Shown: piece by piece, positions 17,597 through 26,126 of the stretch
Layout: the number at the start of each line of letters is the position of its first letter
Position numbering within the stretch: position 1 is the first letter of the stretch
Source of the DNA: an uncultured Gammaproteobacteria bacterium
GTDB lineage: Bacteria; Patescibacteriota; Patescibacteriia; Patescibacteriales; UBA12465
Direction of reading: 5' to 3'
DNA: 64,000 nucleotides
NCBI GenBank assembly: GCA_964509735.1
Contig: CAZDYJ010000002.1
Location: forward strand, 481-64,480
Made by a program: the position numbers and the translations under genes
Notes under the pieces: generated by a model
Database searches by the model: none
The model's input: the letters and a program-made list of their open reading frames with translations, nothing else
What the model was told of the DNA's origin: nothing

Positions 17597-20062
17597 TTAT
17601 TCAGTCAATAAAGAATTATTATTTTCACCTTCCTCAACAAAGCCTAGTCGCAGAGCCTCATTTTTCCATTTTTCAGCCTCTTTATAATTTCCAAGCTCTT
17701 CGTATAAATAAGAATAAAGAAGCGGCCAAGTATAATCATTTGGACTTAAACGAAAACCGTTTCCAATTTCAATTAAAGCTTTTTCATAATCGCCTTGTAT
17801 ATAGTACAAATCGGAAATGCTCTTAAAAATTAAAAAATCCATTGGATTATAAGAATAAGCTGTTCGGTAATAATGTTCTGCTTTTTCAAAATCACCTATC
17901 ATAATATAAGTTTCTGCTAAATAAATGTTTATATCATGGTAAAAACTTCTGGCAATTTTTCTGTGTCCTTCGTTCATATTTTCATCAGCCAAATTAGGAA
18001 GACCAGACAAAGCATTCATAAAAAAGTCTATCGCTTTGTCATATTCTTTTTTTGATGAATAGAATTTTCCCATCTCAATATTTATTTTTGGCCAGTTTTT
18101 AACTTTTTCCAAAATTTCTAGAAAATATTTTTCTGCCACTTCTTTATTTCCAAAAGCATTTTCTATTTTAGCTTTTAATAAAATATTATTAAAACCCTTC
18201 TCTCTTAAATCTTGATTAGCAATTAACAAATTTTCCGCAATAAAAAATTCACTAACTTTTTCCGACTTATAAGGATGTAGAGGGATCAAAGCTTCGCTAT
18301 AAATTCTTGCTTGATCTGATCGCCAAACTGGATTAAGCGGCAATTCTCTTGAATAATCTAAAAGCACCGCCATTTTTGCATAATCATAACTATGAAAAGA
18401 CGTCATTGCTTCTGCTAAATAAAAATCAGAAAAAATTGGCGTTAAAGCACGATAAATTAAAAAAACTGACAATAAAATTGAAAAAATGATTAAAAAAATT
18501 CTTAAGAAAAATTTATTTGCAAAACTTTTTATTTTCTCACTGCTATTTTTAAAAATGTTTATTTTTTCAGAAGAGTTACCATTAATTAATTCGTAAAAAT
18601 TAATAGCTGCAAGTATTGCTAAAAAAGAGAAAAAATAAAATTCTCCGGAGGGAATAGAAAAGCCAAAAAGCAAAGAAAATAGATAAGCTATAACACCTAA
18701 AGAAAGGGCTGTTTTCAAATCTCGAGCAAAAAAATACTGCTTTTTATTTTTACTTAAACTGAAAAAATAAAAATATAAACAGAAAAAAGCAATAAAAGCT
18801 ACAATACCACCAGACATTAAAATATCTAAAAATAAATTATGAACTCTATCCGGTGATTGATTTACGTCACTATGAGTACCCCAGTCAGCTTGATAATGAC
18901 TTAAATATTCATCTTTTAAATTCTCTTGTCCATAACCAAAAATTGGTTTTTGAGATATTGACTTAACAGCTGAGCCATAAAAATCAACTCTAGCACTTGA
19001 GCTCCCACTACTAAAATTTAAAGCCTGACTAATTCTTCCTGGTAGTATTTTTTCCATAATTAATAAAGAAGAAAAAGAAAGCATCACTAAAAAAATTGCT
19101 AATAATATTTTTTTCTTTTTATTAATCTGACTATTAAACAAAATTTTAAGCAAAAAAATAAAAGCAATAAAAATAAAAGCCAACCAAGCGGCTCGACTAG
19201 CGCTTAAAAGTATGCCCAATAAAATAATCAAACTAGCCAGGGAATAAAAAATTCTAAATAATCCTGGAGAAGATTTGAAAATTAAAATAATTGCTAAAGG
19301 AAGCGATAAGAGAAGCCAGGAGGCAAAGAAATTCGGCTGACCGAGAGTTGAAAAAGCTCTTCCGGTTAAAGATGCTGGCTCAGACCAATAATAAAAATCT
19401 ATTCCTAAAAACTGACAAACCCCATAAAGAGCTGATAAAAAAGCCGAGAAAACAATAGCAAAAATATAAATCCTTAAATGTTTATAAAAATTATTTTTAT
19501 TATTAAAAAATAAAGATTTATCCTCTTGATTTAAATTATCTGAAACATCTTTATTATTTTCCAAAATAAAATGAAAAAGATTAAAGCTGAATAATAAAAA
19601 CCACAAAAAATATAATAAATAACTTTGATAACCCTGTTGCCTATCTATAGTTCCAAAAAAAGACAAGGAAATATTATCAGAAAACAAAACACTTAAACCA
19701 AAAAGAAAAATAAAAATAAAAGGAAATAAATAATATTTTCTAAAAATTATTTTAAAATTTTTCCAAAAGATTGACGGTTTTAATATTTCCCTCCAGACAG
19801 TAAAAAAGGTAATTAAAATAATTAAAACTCTTAAAATACTTATTTTATGAAGGTCAAAAATATGAACAGTTAGAAAAAAGGAGGCAAAAGATAGGGGAAT
19901 TATAAATAAAGAAAAGGCTAACAAAAAAATAATCAGCTTGTTTAAGACAATCTGATAAGAAAAATTATTTATCAAAACAGCCCCCTCGGACTTCTTTTTT
20001 AAGGGTTTTAATATGTTTATCATATTTAAATTATAGCAAAATTTTGAAAGCAAATAAAGCAA
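17597..20062 (-). CDS. Polytopic membrane protein with an O-antigen-ligase (Wzy_C)-like domain fused to C-terminal TPR repeats
   Basis: At least 10 predicted TM helices with a Wzy_C-like core (...SASRAAWLAFIFIAF...). The C-terminal ~280 aa are soluble with TPR-like repeats (YDKAIDFFMNAL, FEKAEHYYRTAY, YKEAEKWKNEAL). Confidence 0.5.
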   Translation of the reverse strand: MLYLLSKFCYNLNMINILKPLKKKSEGAVLINNFSYQIVLNKLIIFLLAFSLFIIPLSFASFFLTVHIFDLHKISILRVLIILITFFTVWREILKPSIFWKNFKIIFRKYYLFPFIFIFLFGLSVLFSDNISLSFFGTIDRQQGYQSYLLYFLWFLLFSFNLFHFILENNKDVSDNLNQEDKSLFFNNKNNFYKHLRIYIFAIVFSAFLSALYGVCQFLGIDFYYWSEPASLTGRAFSTLGQPNFFASWLLLSLPLAIILIFKSSPGLFRIFYSLASLIILLGILLSASRAAWLAFIFIAFIFLLKILFNSQINKKKKILLAIFLVMLSFSSLLIMEKILPGRISQALNFSSGSSSARVDFYGSAVKSISQKPIFGYGQENLKDEYLSHYQADWGTHSDVNQSPDRVHNLFLDILMSGGIVAFIAFFCLYFYFFSLSKNKKQYFFARDLKTALSLGVIAYLFSLLFGFSIPSGEFYFFSFLAILAAINFYELINGNSSEKINIFKNSSEKIKSFANKFFLRIFLIIFSILLSVFLIYRALTPIFSDFYLAEAMTSFHSYDYAKMAVLLDYSRELPLNPVWRSDQARIYSEALIPLHPYKSEKVSEFFIAENLLIANQDLREKGFNNILLKAKIENAFGNKEVAEKYFLEILEKVKNWPKINIEMGKFYSSKKEYDKAIDFFMNALSGLPNLADENMNEGHRKIARSFYHDINIYLAETYIMIGDFEKAEHYYRTAYSYNPMDFLIFKSISDLYYIQGDYEKALIEIGNGFRLSPNDYTWPLLYSYLYEELGNYKEAEKWKNEALRLGFVEEGENNNSLLTE

Positions 20063-20128
20063 ATTACAAATGCCAAATTTCTTTCAATATTTAATAATGG
20101 AAACATTTAAGATTATTTACCTTTAACA

Positions 20129-20153
20129 AAAAACCCTTTTTCAAGGGTTTTTT
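20129..20153 (-). terminator. Rho-independent terminator downstream of secF
   Basis: aaaaaccctt-tttc-aagggttttt hairpin, T-rich on the minus strand. Confidence 0.5.
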
Positions 20154-20178
20154 ATGAAGCGTAAAAAAATAAAAATTA

Positions 20179-21096
20179 CTATTCCTTTATTTGTCTTTTA
20201 GATCGAGAAATATTATCCCAGATAACTAAAGCTGAACTAGCTACAAAAATAGAGCTATAAGTTCCAATTGCTACACCAATAACTAAGGCCAAGGAAAAAT
20301 CTTTAATTGTTTCTCCGCCAAAGAAATAAATAGCTAAAAGGGCAAGTATTGTAGAAAAAGAAGTGCTTAAAGATCTGCCCAAAGTCTGATTTAAACTAGT
20401 ATTAACGGTATCCGCAAAAGTTTCTTTACTTTTTGGCAAATTATCCCTAACGCGATCGAACACAACGATTGTATCATTTATACTATAACCGAGAATTGTT
20501 AAAATTGCGGCAATAAAAGGGGTGTTTACCTCAACTCCATAAAAATAACCTAAAGCAGAAAAAACACCTAAAGTAATTAAAACATCGTGAACTAAAGCAA
20601 TAATCGAAGAAACGCCATATTTCCAAGAAGCAACCGGCAAGGAAACTTTTCTAAAAGAAAAGGATATAAAAATAATAATAACTACTAAAGCAATTAGAGA
20701 AGCATTAAAAGATTTACTTTTTAACTCTTTTCCAATTGAAGGCCCAACGGCGTCAAACTGAAGCTCTTTTAAAGAAGCTTCGTCATTATCAGACACCATT
20801 TCTCTTAAACCAGCTAAAACCGCTTCATGTGCCTCTTCGGAATTTTCTTTAAAACGTAGAATAAATGAATCTTCTGTTGGCTGAATGATTAAGTTATTAA
20901 GCTGGGCATCTTTTAAGCTTTCTTGAATTTCGATAATACTAGGATTATAGTTTTCAAACTGAACTTCTAATAAACTGCCACCTTTAAAATCGATACCGAA
21001 ATTTAAACCCCAAAAAGAAAGGGCAAAAATTGAAGCAGCAACTAATAAAGCGGAAAAGCTTAAATAAATTTTTCTATTTTTTATAATTTTTAGCAT
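20179..21096 (-). CDS. secF: Protein translocase subunit SecF
   Basis: N-terminal TM followed by GIDFKGGSLLEV, and a six-TM SecF architecture. It is immediately downstream of secD. Confidence 0.85.
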   Translation of the reverse strand: MLKIIKNRKIYLSFSALLVAASIFALSFWGLNFGIDFKGGSLLEVQFENYNPSIIEIQESLKDAQLNNLIIQPTEDSFILRFKENSEEAHEAVLAGLREMVSDNDEASLKELQFDAVGPSIGKELKSKSFNASLIALVVIIIFISFSFRKVSLPVASWKYGVSSIIALVHDVLITLGVFSALGYFYGVEVNTPFIAAILTILGYSINDTIVVFDRVRDNLPKSKETFADTVNTSLNQTLGRSLSTSFSTILALLAIYFFGGETIKDFSLALVIGVAIGTYSSIFVASSALVIWDNISRSKRQIKE

Positions 21097-21130
21097 ATGA
21101 TTGCTTGTGATTCTCGAATTAATAACTAAA

Positions 21131-22855
21131 TTATTCTTTTGATTTCTTATTAGCTACACCTAATAACCATTTATTATTATCTAAATAATTTCCCGAAGTT
21201 AGAGTCATTAAAACCCTTGTTATAACGATAGAACTAAATAAGGAAACGATTATACCGATAAATAAAGTTGTTCCAAAACCTTGAATAGTTGAGGTTCCAA
21301 AAAACATCAAAATTAAACAAGTTAAAATAGTAGAAAAATTTCCATCTCTAATTGATGGCCAGGCTTTTCTAAAACCATCATCAATTGACTGCTTAACGGT
21401 TTTTCCTTCTTTTAATTCTTCCTTAACACGAGAGAAAATTAAAATATTAGCATCAACGGCCATTCCTAAAGACAAAATAAATCCAGCAATACCTGCGACT
21501 GTTAGGGTTAAAGGTTGTAGAGCATAGAAAAATAATATTAAACCAGCTACTCCAAATAAAACCGCTAAAGAGGCGTTAAAAATCTTTAACTCGTTAAAGA
21601 TATAAAATATCAAAGCAATTATTAAGACAATTAAAATAAGGGCTAGCCAAACAGGCAGAGCTTTAAAAATAGCTAAAACAGTCAAACCATAAACGGCTAA
21701 AGAAAAGATTGATAATAAGCCTGGCAATCTATAAACTATTATAAGAAAAATGGAGATAAGAATTAAACCAATTAAGCCAGCTGATAAACTTTTTTGAATT
21801 GACTCTGTGCCTAAACTAGCCTCAACTGTTTTTTGAGCTATAAGAGAAATAGGCACCGGTAAAGCTCCAGAATTTAAACGTTTTACTAAAGTTTTTACTT
21901 CATCCAAACTAAAGCTTCCAGAAATAGAGGCCTGTCCACCAGTAATTTTTTCATTTACATTAGGAATGCTAATTGGATAACCATCTAAAAATATAGCCAA
22001 AGGACGTCCAATATTTCTAGCTGTTATTTCTTCAAACATTTTTGCCCCCTCATCATTAAATTCCAAAGAAACCTCAGGAGAGCCGTCATTAGGATTAAAT
22101 TGAACAGATGAACGTTTTAAATATTTACCAGTTAAACCAGTGCTAATCCATGAGTTCAGAAATTCTTCTTCGCTTAAAGAATCGTCTGTTATCATGTCAG
22201 AAGGAATTTCAAAATTACTCAAATCAATTTCTGCCTGACCTTCTTCTAAAACTATTTCATTTATATTTTCTTCAGAACTGGTTGTGGAGCTAGTTGTGGA
22301 GCTAGCTTGAGATTCAATTTGACGAGCTAATTCAGTTTCTATCTGCTTTTTAAAAGCTTCTTCGTCAAAAGAAGTGTTGGCATTAGGATTTTGTTCTTTA
22401 AATTCCAAAATAGGAGTTTCACCTATCATATCGATTGCCTCCTGAACATCTTTTACTCCAGCTAGTTCGGCGATTACTCTATATTCTCCGGATGCTGTTT
22501 TATTAGCTTGCACAAGCGGCTCGCTAACGCCAAACATATTAACTCGACGTTCAACAACGTCACGAACGGATTCTAAAGCATTACTTCTGTCAGCTTCGTC
22601 GATACCGCTCATATCAGCTTCATAAACTAAGTGAGCTCCACCTTGCAAATCAAGACCTAGAGTAAAATCTAAAGCCTTAGTTGTTGGCAATATAATAATA
22701 TCATTTGTTTTTGTCGCCAAAAAACGAGAAAAATTATTATAAGACTCACCGGCTACAACAATTCCGACAGTTAAAAACAAAAAGATAACGGCCGAAAAAA
22801 CCCACCAATTACGGCCTCTGGCCGACAATTTCGAAAACTTTTGATTCAAAGACAT
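21131..22855 (-). CDS. secD: Protein translocase subunit SecD
   Basis: LGLDLQGGAHLVYEAD motif, large periplasmic domain, C-terminal six-TM bundle. Confidence 0.85.
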   Translation of the reverse strand: MSLNQKFSKLSARGRNWWVFSAVIFLFLTVGIVVAGESYNNFSRFLATKTNDIIILPTTKALDFTLGLDLQGGAHLVYEADMSGIDEADRSNALESVRDVVERRVNMFGVSEPLVQANKTASGEYRVIAELAGVKDVQEAIDMIGETPILEFKEQNPNANTSFDEEAFKKQIETELARQIESQASSTTSSTTSSEENINEIVLEEGQAEIDLSNFEIPSDMITDDSLSEEEFLNSWISTGLTGKYLKRSSVQFNPNDGSPEVSLEFNDEGAKMFEEITARNIGRPLAIFLDGYPISIPNVNEKITGGQASISGSFSLDEVKTLVKRLNSGALPVPISLIAQKTVEASLGTESIQKSLSAGLIGLILISIFLIIVYRLPGLLSIFSLAVYGLTVLAIFKALPVWLALILIVLIIALIFYIFNELKIFNASLAVLFGVAGLILFFYALQPLTLTVAGIAGFILSLGMAVDANILIFSRVKEELKEGKTVKQSIDDGFRKAWPSIRDGNFSTILTCLILMFFGTSTIQGFGTTLFIGIIVSLFSSIVITRVLMTLTSGNYLDNNKWLLGVANKKSKE

Positions 22856-22961
22856 ATAAATTTTTATTCTTTATTTTCAAGCTTTAACTATCTTAGAATA
22901 AATAGACTTAAAAATCAAGTCTTAATAAAAATTCTCAAAATAATTAAAACTATTTTTTAAT

Positions 22962-22990
22962 TTATTCAAACTTTACAAAAACTAATATTT
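22962..22990 (+). promoter_or_regulatory. Candidate sigma70-type promoter for clpP
   Basis: TTTACA - 17 nt - TATATT, about 45 bp upstream of the clpP ATG, in the divergent secD/clpP intergenic region. Confidence 0.35.
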
Positions 22991-23034
22991 GTTTTATATT
23001 TAAAGCAAATAATAAATTTAAATCAACAAAATAT

Positions 23035-23613
23035 ATGCCTTTAATACCAACGGTTATAGAAAAAGATGGTCAATCGGAAAGAGCTTATGATATTTATTCT
23101 CGTCTTTTAAAAGATAGAATAATTTTCTTAGGTGAAGCTATAAACGATCATGTTGCCAATATAATTATTGCTCAACTTCTCTTTTTAGATGCTGAAAACA
23201 AAGATCAAGATATTAAATTCTATATAAATTCCCCTGGCGGCTCTGTTAGCGCTGGACTGGCAATATATGACACTATGCGTTATATAAAATCTAATGTTTC
23301 AACTATTTGTGTCGGCATGGCTGCCTCAATGGCTTCAGTTTTATTAGCCGCTGGTGAACCAGGAAAAAGATTTATATTACCAAATAGCGAAGTAATGATT
23401 CATCAGGTTATGGGCGGAGCAGAGGGGCAAGCCTCAGATATTAAAATTCATGCTGAGCATATTTTAAAAACCAAAGAAAAATTAAACAAAATACTAGCTC
23501 TTCATACCGGGAAAAAAGTTGCTGAAGTTGAAAAAGACAGTGATAGAGATAATTACATGGACGCAGAAAAAGCTAAAGCTTATGGACTAGTTGATAAAGT
23601 AATAGGCAAATAA
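23035..23613 (+). CDS. clpP: ATP-dependent Clp protease proteolytic subunit
   Basis: Catalytic Ser in GMAASMAS, His in MIHQ, Asp in DRD; full-length ClpP-like sequence. Confidence 0.9.
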   Translation: MPLIPTVIEKDGQSERAYDIYSRLLKDRIIFLGEAINDHVANIIIAQLLFLDAENKDQDIKFYINSPGGSVSAGLAIYDTMRYIKSNVSTICVGMAASMASVLLAAGEPGKRFILPNSEVMIHQVMGGAEGQASDIKIHAEHILKTKEKLNKILALHTGKKVAEVEKDSDRDNYMDAEKAKAYGLVDKVIGK

Positions 23614-23642
23614 TTTAGTCACAGGACCTCACATAACAAAAA

Positions 23643-23672
23643 AAACATCGCTATTTAAACGATGTTTTTTTA
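23643..23672 (+). terminator. Rho-independent terminator after clpP (palindromic; may also terminate the converging minus-strand surface-protein array)
   Basis: aacatcg-ctatttaaa-cgatgtt hairpin followed by a T7 run. Confidence 0.55.
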
Positions 23673-23688
23673 TTTTTCCCTAGTGTTT

Positions 23689-24696
23689 TTATTTTTTAAA
23701 AGTAAAAGAATTTAACATTAAATTGAATATATTTTTATAAGCAAGTCTTTCGGAATTAATTGGTATATAAGATAGAGCATAAATATTTTCCCGACTTTCT
23801 TCTGTAATATAGAAATTTAAACCATCGGCACTTTTTATCGCCTCAAAATCACTTTTTACAATCAAACGATCAAGGCTGACGCTCTCATCTTTAAACATGT
23901 TTTCGTACCAAGAAACGATTCCTGATTTATTGTCATTTTTCATAACCGAAACCTGAAAATAAGATGAATCTGCCGCTTCTAAAACAAAGGTATTATCATT
24001 TAACTGATTAGTTAACCAGGCCACAGGATATAAAAAATTGAAAGAATAGGCCTGATTACGATAAAAAACAAGATTTGAATTGTCTTCTATTCTACCGACT
24101 CCGGCTGGATTATAAGAATTTAAAATTTCCTGCAAATCATTATACCCATCCCCATCGCTATCTTGATTATCTTTGGATGTGCCAAGAATAATCTCCTCTT
24201 CGTCGTATAAACCGTCTCCATCACTATCTAAAAGAGGTGCGTCGTCTACCTCGTCTACCTCGGGCCCACTTACCTCAACTGCTTCAATTAAAACAGTGTC
24301 ATTGTTGTCATTTAAATCAAGAACTGGAGCAGGTTCGGTAGATGAGGCTTGTAATTCCGCTTCCGATTTTTTTATTTCATTTTCAGGTTTTATTTCAATC
24401 TTATTTTTATTGGCTACTGGAGAAATAGTGTATATATAAGCAAAATAAACAATAGCCGCTATAACAATAAAACCAAAGAACATAATTAAAACTCCCACTA
24501 TTTTAAATTTCTTTTTTTCCGCAACATGGCTCTGCAAGCTAACTTTTCCAGCTGCTAAAGGATTAGAAACTGTGCCTAATATTTTTTCTTGATTAGGCAT
24601 ATTATGAACTATCAAATCACGTTCAATTTGATCAGAAATATCTTTCTCATTTATTTTTTCCTCTTTTTCTGTTTTTTTGTTCTTGGAAGAAAACAT
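23689..24696 (-). CDS. Single-pass membrane protein with extracellular thrombospondin-type-3-like Asp-rich calcium-binding repeats
   Basis: TM helix VGVLIMFFGFIVIAAIVYFAYIY. DSDGDGLYDEEEI...DSDGDGYNDLQEI (DxDxDGxxDxxE). Ends with the SYNPAGVGR motif shared with the 251-aa paralog. Confidence 0.5.
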   Translation of the reverse strand: MFSSKNKKTEKEEKINEKDISDQIERDLIVHNMPNQEKILGTVSNPLAAGKVSLQSHVAEKKKFKIVGVLIMFFGFIVIAAIVYFAYIYTISPVANKNKIEIKPENEIKKSEAELQASSTEPAPVLDLNDNNDTVLIEAVEVSGPEVDEVDDAPLLDSDGDGLYDEEEIILGTSKDNQDSDGDGYNDLQEILNSYNPAGVGRIEDNSNLVFYRNQAYSFNFLYPVAWLTNQLNDNTFVLEAADSSYFQVSVMKNDNKSGIVSWYENMFKDESVSLDRLIVKSDFEAIKSADGLNFYITEESRENIYALSYIPINSERLAYKNIFNLMLNSFTFKK

Positions 24697-24705
24697 ATTT
24701 TTACT

Positions 24706-24897
24706 TTAAATAAAAAATAAAACGGCTATAATAATTAAAACAAAAATTAAAAATCCTAAAACCAGCCATTTTTGAAAATGGCCGGTTTCTGTTTTTGGCA
24801 TAGTATGTAAATCTAAAGACAGTTTTGCCGTTTCTTTTTTTTCAAAAAGATTTATACGGTGACGTGAGCTCTCTTTTTGTCCATCCTTTTCAGTCAT
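24706..24897 (-). CDS. Small membrane protein (63 aa), hypothetical
   Basis: C-terminal TM WLVLGFLIFVLIIIAVLFFI; sits between the two TSP3-repeat paralogs in the same orientation. Confidence 0.3.
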   Translation of the reverse strand: MTEKDGQKESSRHRINLFEKKETAKLSLDLHTMPKTETGHFQKWLVLGFLIFVLIIIAVLFFI

Positions 24898-24919
24898 ATT
24901 TTATATTGTCTAAAAAATT

Positions 24920-25675
24920 TTAGATTTCTAAACGACCTTCGCCGACAGGATTATAACCGTTTTTAACTTCCTCCCCGTCACTATATCCATCGCCGTCGGT
25001 ATCAGTAATAAGAGGATCGCTTTTATAAATCATCACTTCTTCATAATCACTTAAGCCGTCTCCATCAGTGTCTACTTTTAAAGGATCGGTTTTATAAGTC
25101 ATTATTTCTTCATAGTCTGTTAAGCCGTCTCCGTCTGAGTCTGAATTATAAGGATCTGTGCCGTATCTATAAATTTCATCATAATCCGATAAACCATCTT
25201 TATCTGAGTCTAATTGACTTAAGTCAACGCTTGGCACCTCCTCTTTTTCTTCTTCCTTTTCCTCTACCGTTGGCGTAACAAAAGAATCATCTTTTTCCTC
25301 AACAACAGGCACGTTTTGATTGTTTTCTGGAATTTGATTAATTATAGGTTCATTATTTTCTGGTTTTGGAGCAAGAAATTTACTATAAGCTAAATAAGCA
25401 CCTAAAATCAAAATAGCACCAACGACAGCAAAAATAGCAATTTTTAACCATTTTCCGCCACCTCTGCCTTCTTCCGGTTCTTCGTAAATAACTTTTTGTC
25501 CTGCTTGCAGAGAATTTGTTTCTAAACTTGAATTAGAAGGGTTAGAAGTTAAGCCAACTCTTCTTGTTTCAATTTGTGAAGATTGTTGTCCTCCAGTCGC
25601 ATTATCAGTGTCGGCAAAAATATCGTCGACTTTAGCGTTTTGAGGATTTTGTGCTCCAGTTAAATCATTAAACAT
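24920..25675 (-). CDS. Single-pass membrane protein with three tandem thrombospondin-type-3-like calcium-binding repeats (paralog of 23689-24696)
   Basis: [21 protein letters not shown]. Three ~22-aa repeats [11 protein letters not shown][IV]M.YK[TS]DPL, encoded by ~66-nt tandem DNA repeats at about 24960-25210. Ends with GYNPVGEGR. Confidence 0.5.
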   Translation of the reverse strand: MFNDLTGAQNPQNAKVDDIFADTDNATGGQQSSQIETRRVGLTSNPSNSSLETNSLQAGQKVIYEEPEEGRGGGKWLKIAIFAVVGAILILGAYLAYSKFLAPKPENNEPIINQIPENNQNVPVVEEKDDSFVTPTVEEKEEEKEEVPSVDLSQLDSDKDGLSDYDEIYRYGTDPYNSDSDGDGLTDYEEIMTYKTDPLKVDTDGDGLSDYEEVMIYKSDPLITDTDGDGYSDGEEVKNGYNPVGEGRLEI

Positions 25676-25766
25676 ATTTTTATTTTCTTTTAAACTTAAG
25701 AAAAAATCTCAAGCCTTGTTAACTTATCTATATTATAAATCATTTGAAGTATTTTTCCAAATGTAT

Positions 25767-26057
25767 TTATTTTCTTGCTTCCATTAAATTCTCAGCTACT
25801 GGATCCAAAACTATTTCCGAATCGTTGTTTATTATTTTATAAATCAAATTACCATCTGAATCGCGAAAAGCTTGAGCTTTAATTTCTTGATCTAAACCAA
25901 GCTCATTTTTTTGTTCAGCGCTTAAAAACTCCACCTTAAAATCATTTTTTTCTTGAGTCTCGATGTCTTTATTGCGATTAAAGAATAACAAAAAAACCAA
26001 TAAAGCAATTAATAAAGCGACCAAGCTGCCGAGAATGATTATTTTTTTTCTATCCAT
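25767..26057 (-). CDS. Small N-terminally anchored protein (96 aa), hypothetical
   Basis: TM IIILGSLVALLIALLVFLLFF followed by a short soluble domain; in the same operon-like array. Confidence 0.3.
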   Translation of the reverse strand: MDRKKIIILGSLVALLIALLVFLLFFNRNKDIETQEKNDFKVEFLSAEQKNELGLDQEIKAQAFRDSDGNLIYKIINNDSEIVLDPVAENLMEARK

Positions 26058-26126
26058 ATACTTGTTTTAAATTTATTATCTTTAACAAAAAAATGATAAT
26101 TTTTTATAAATAAATATTTAACAAAA

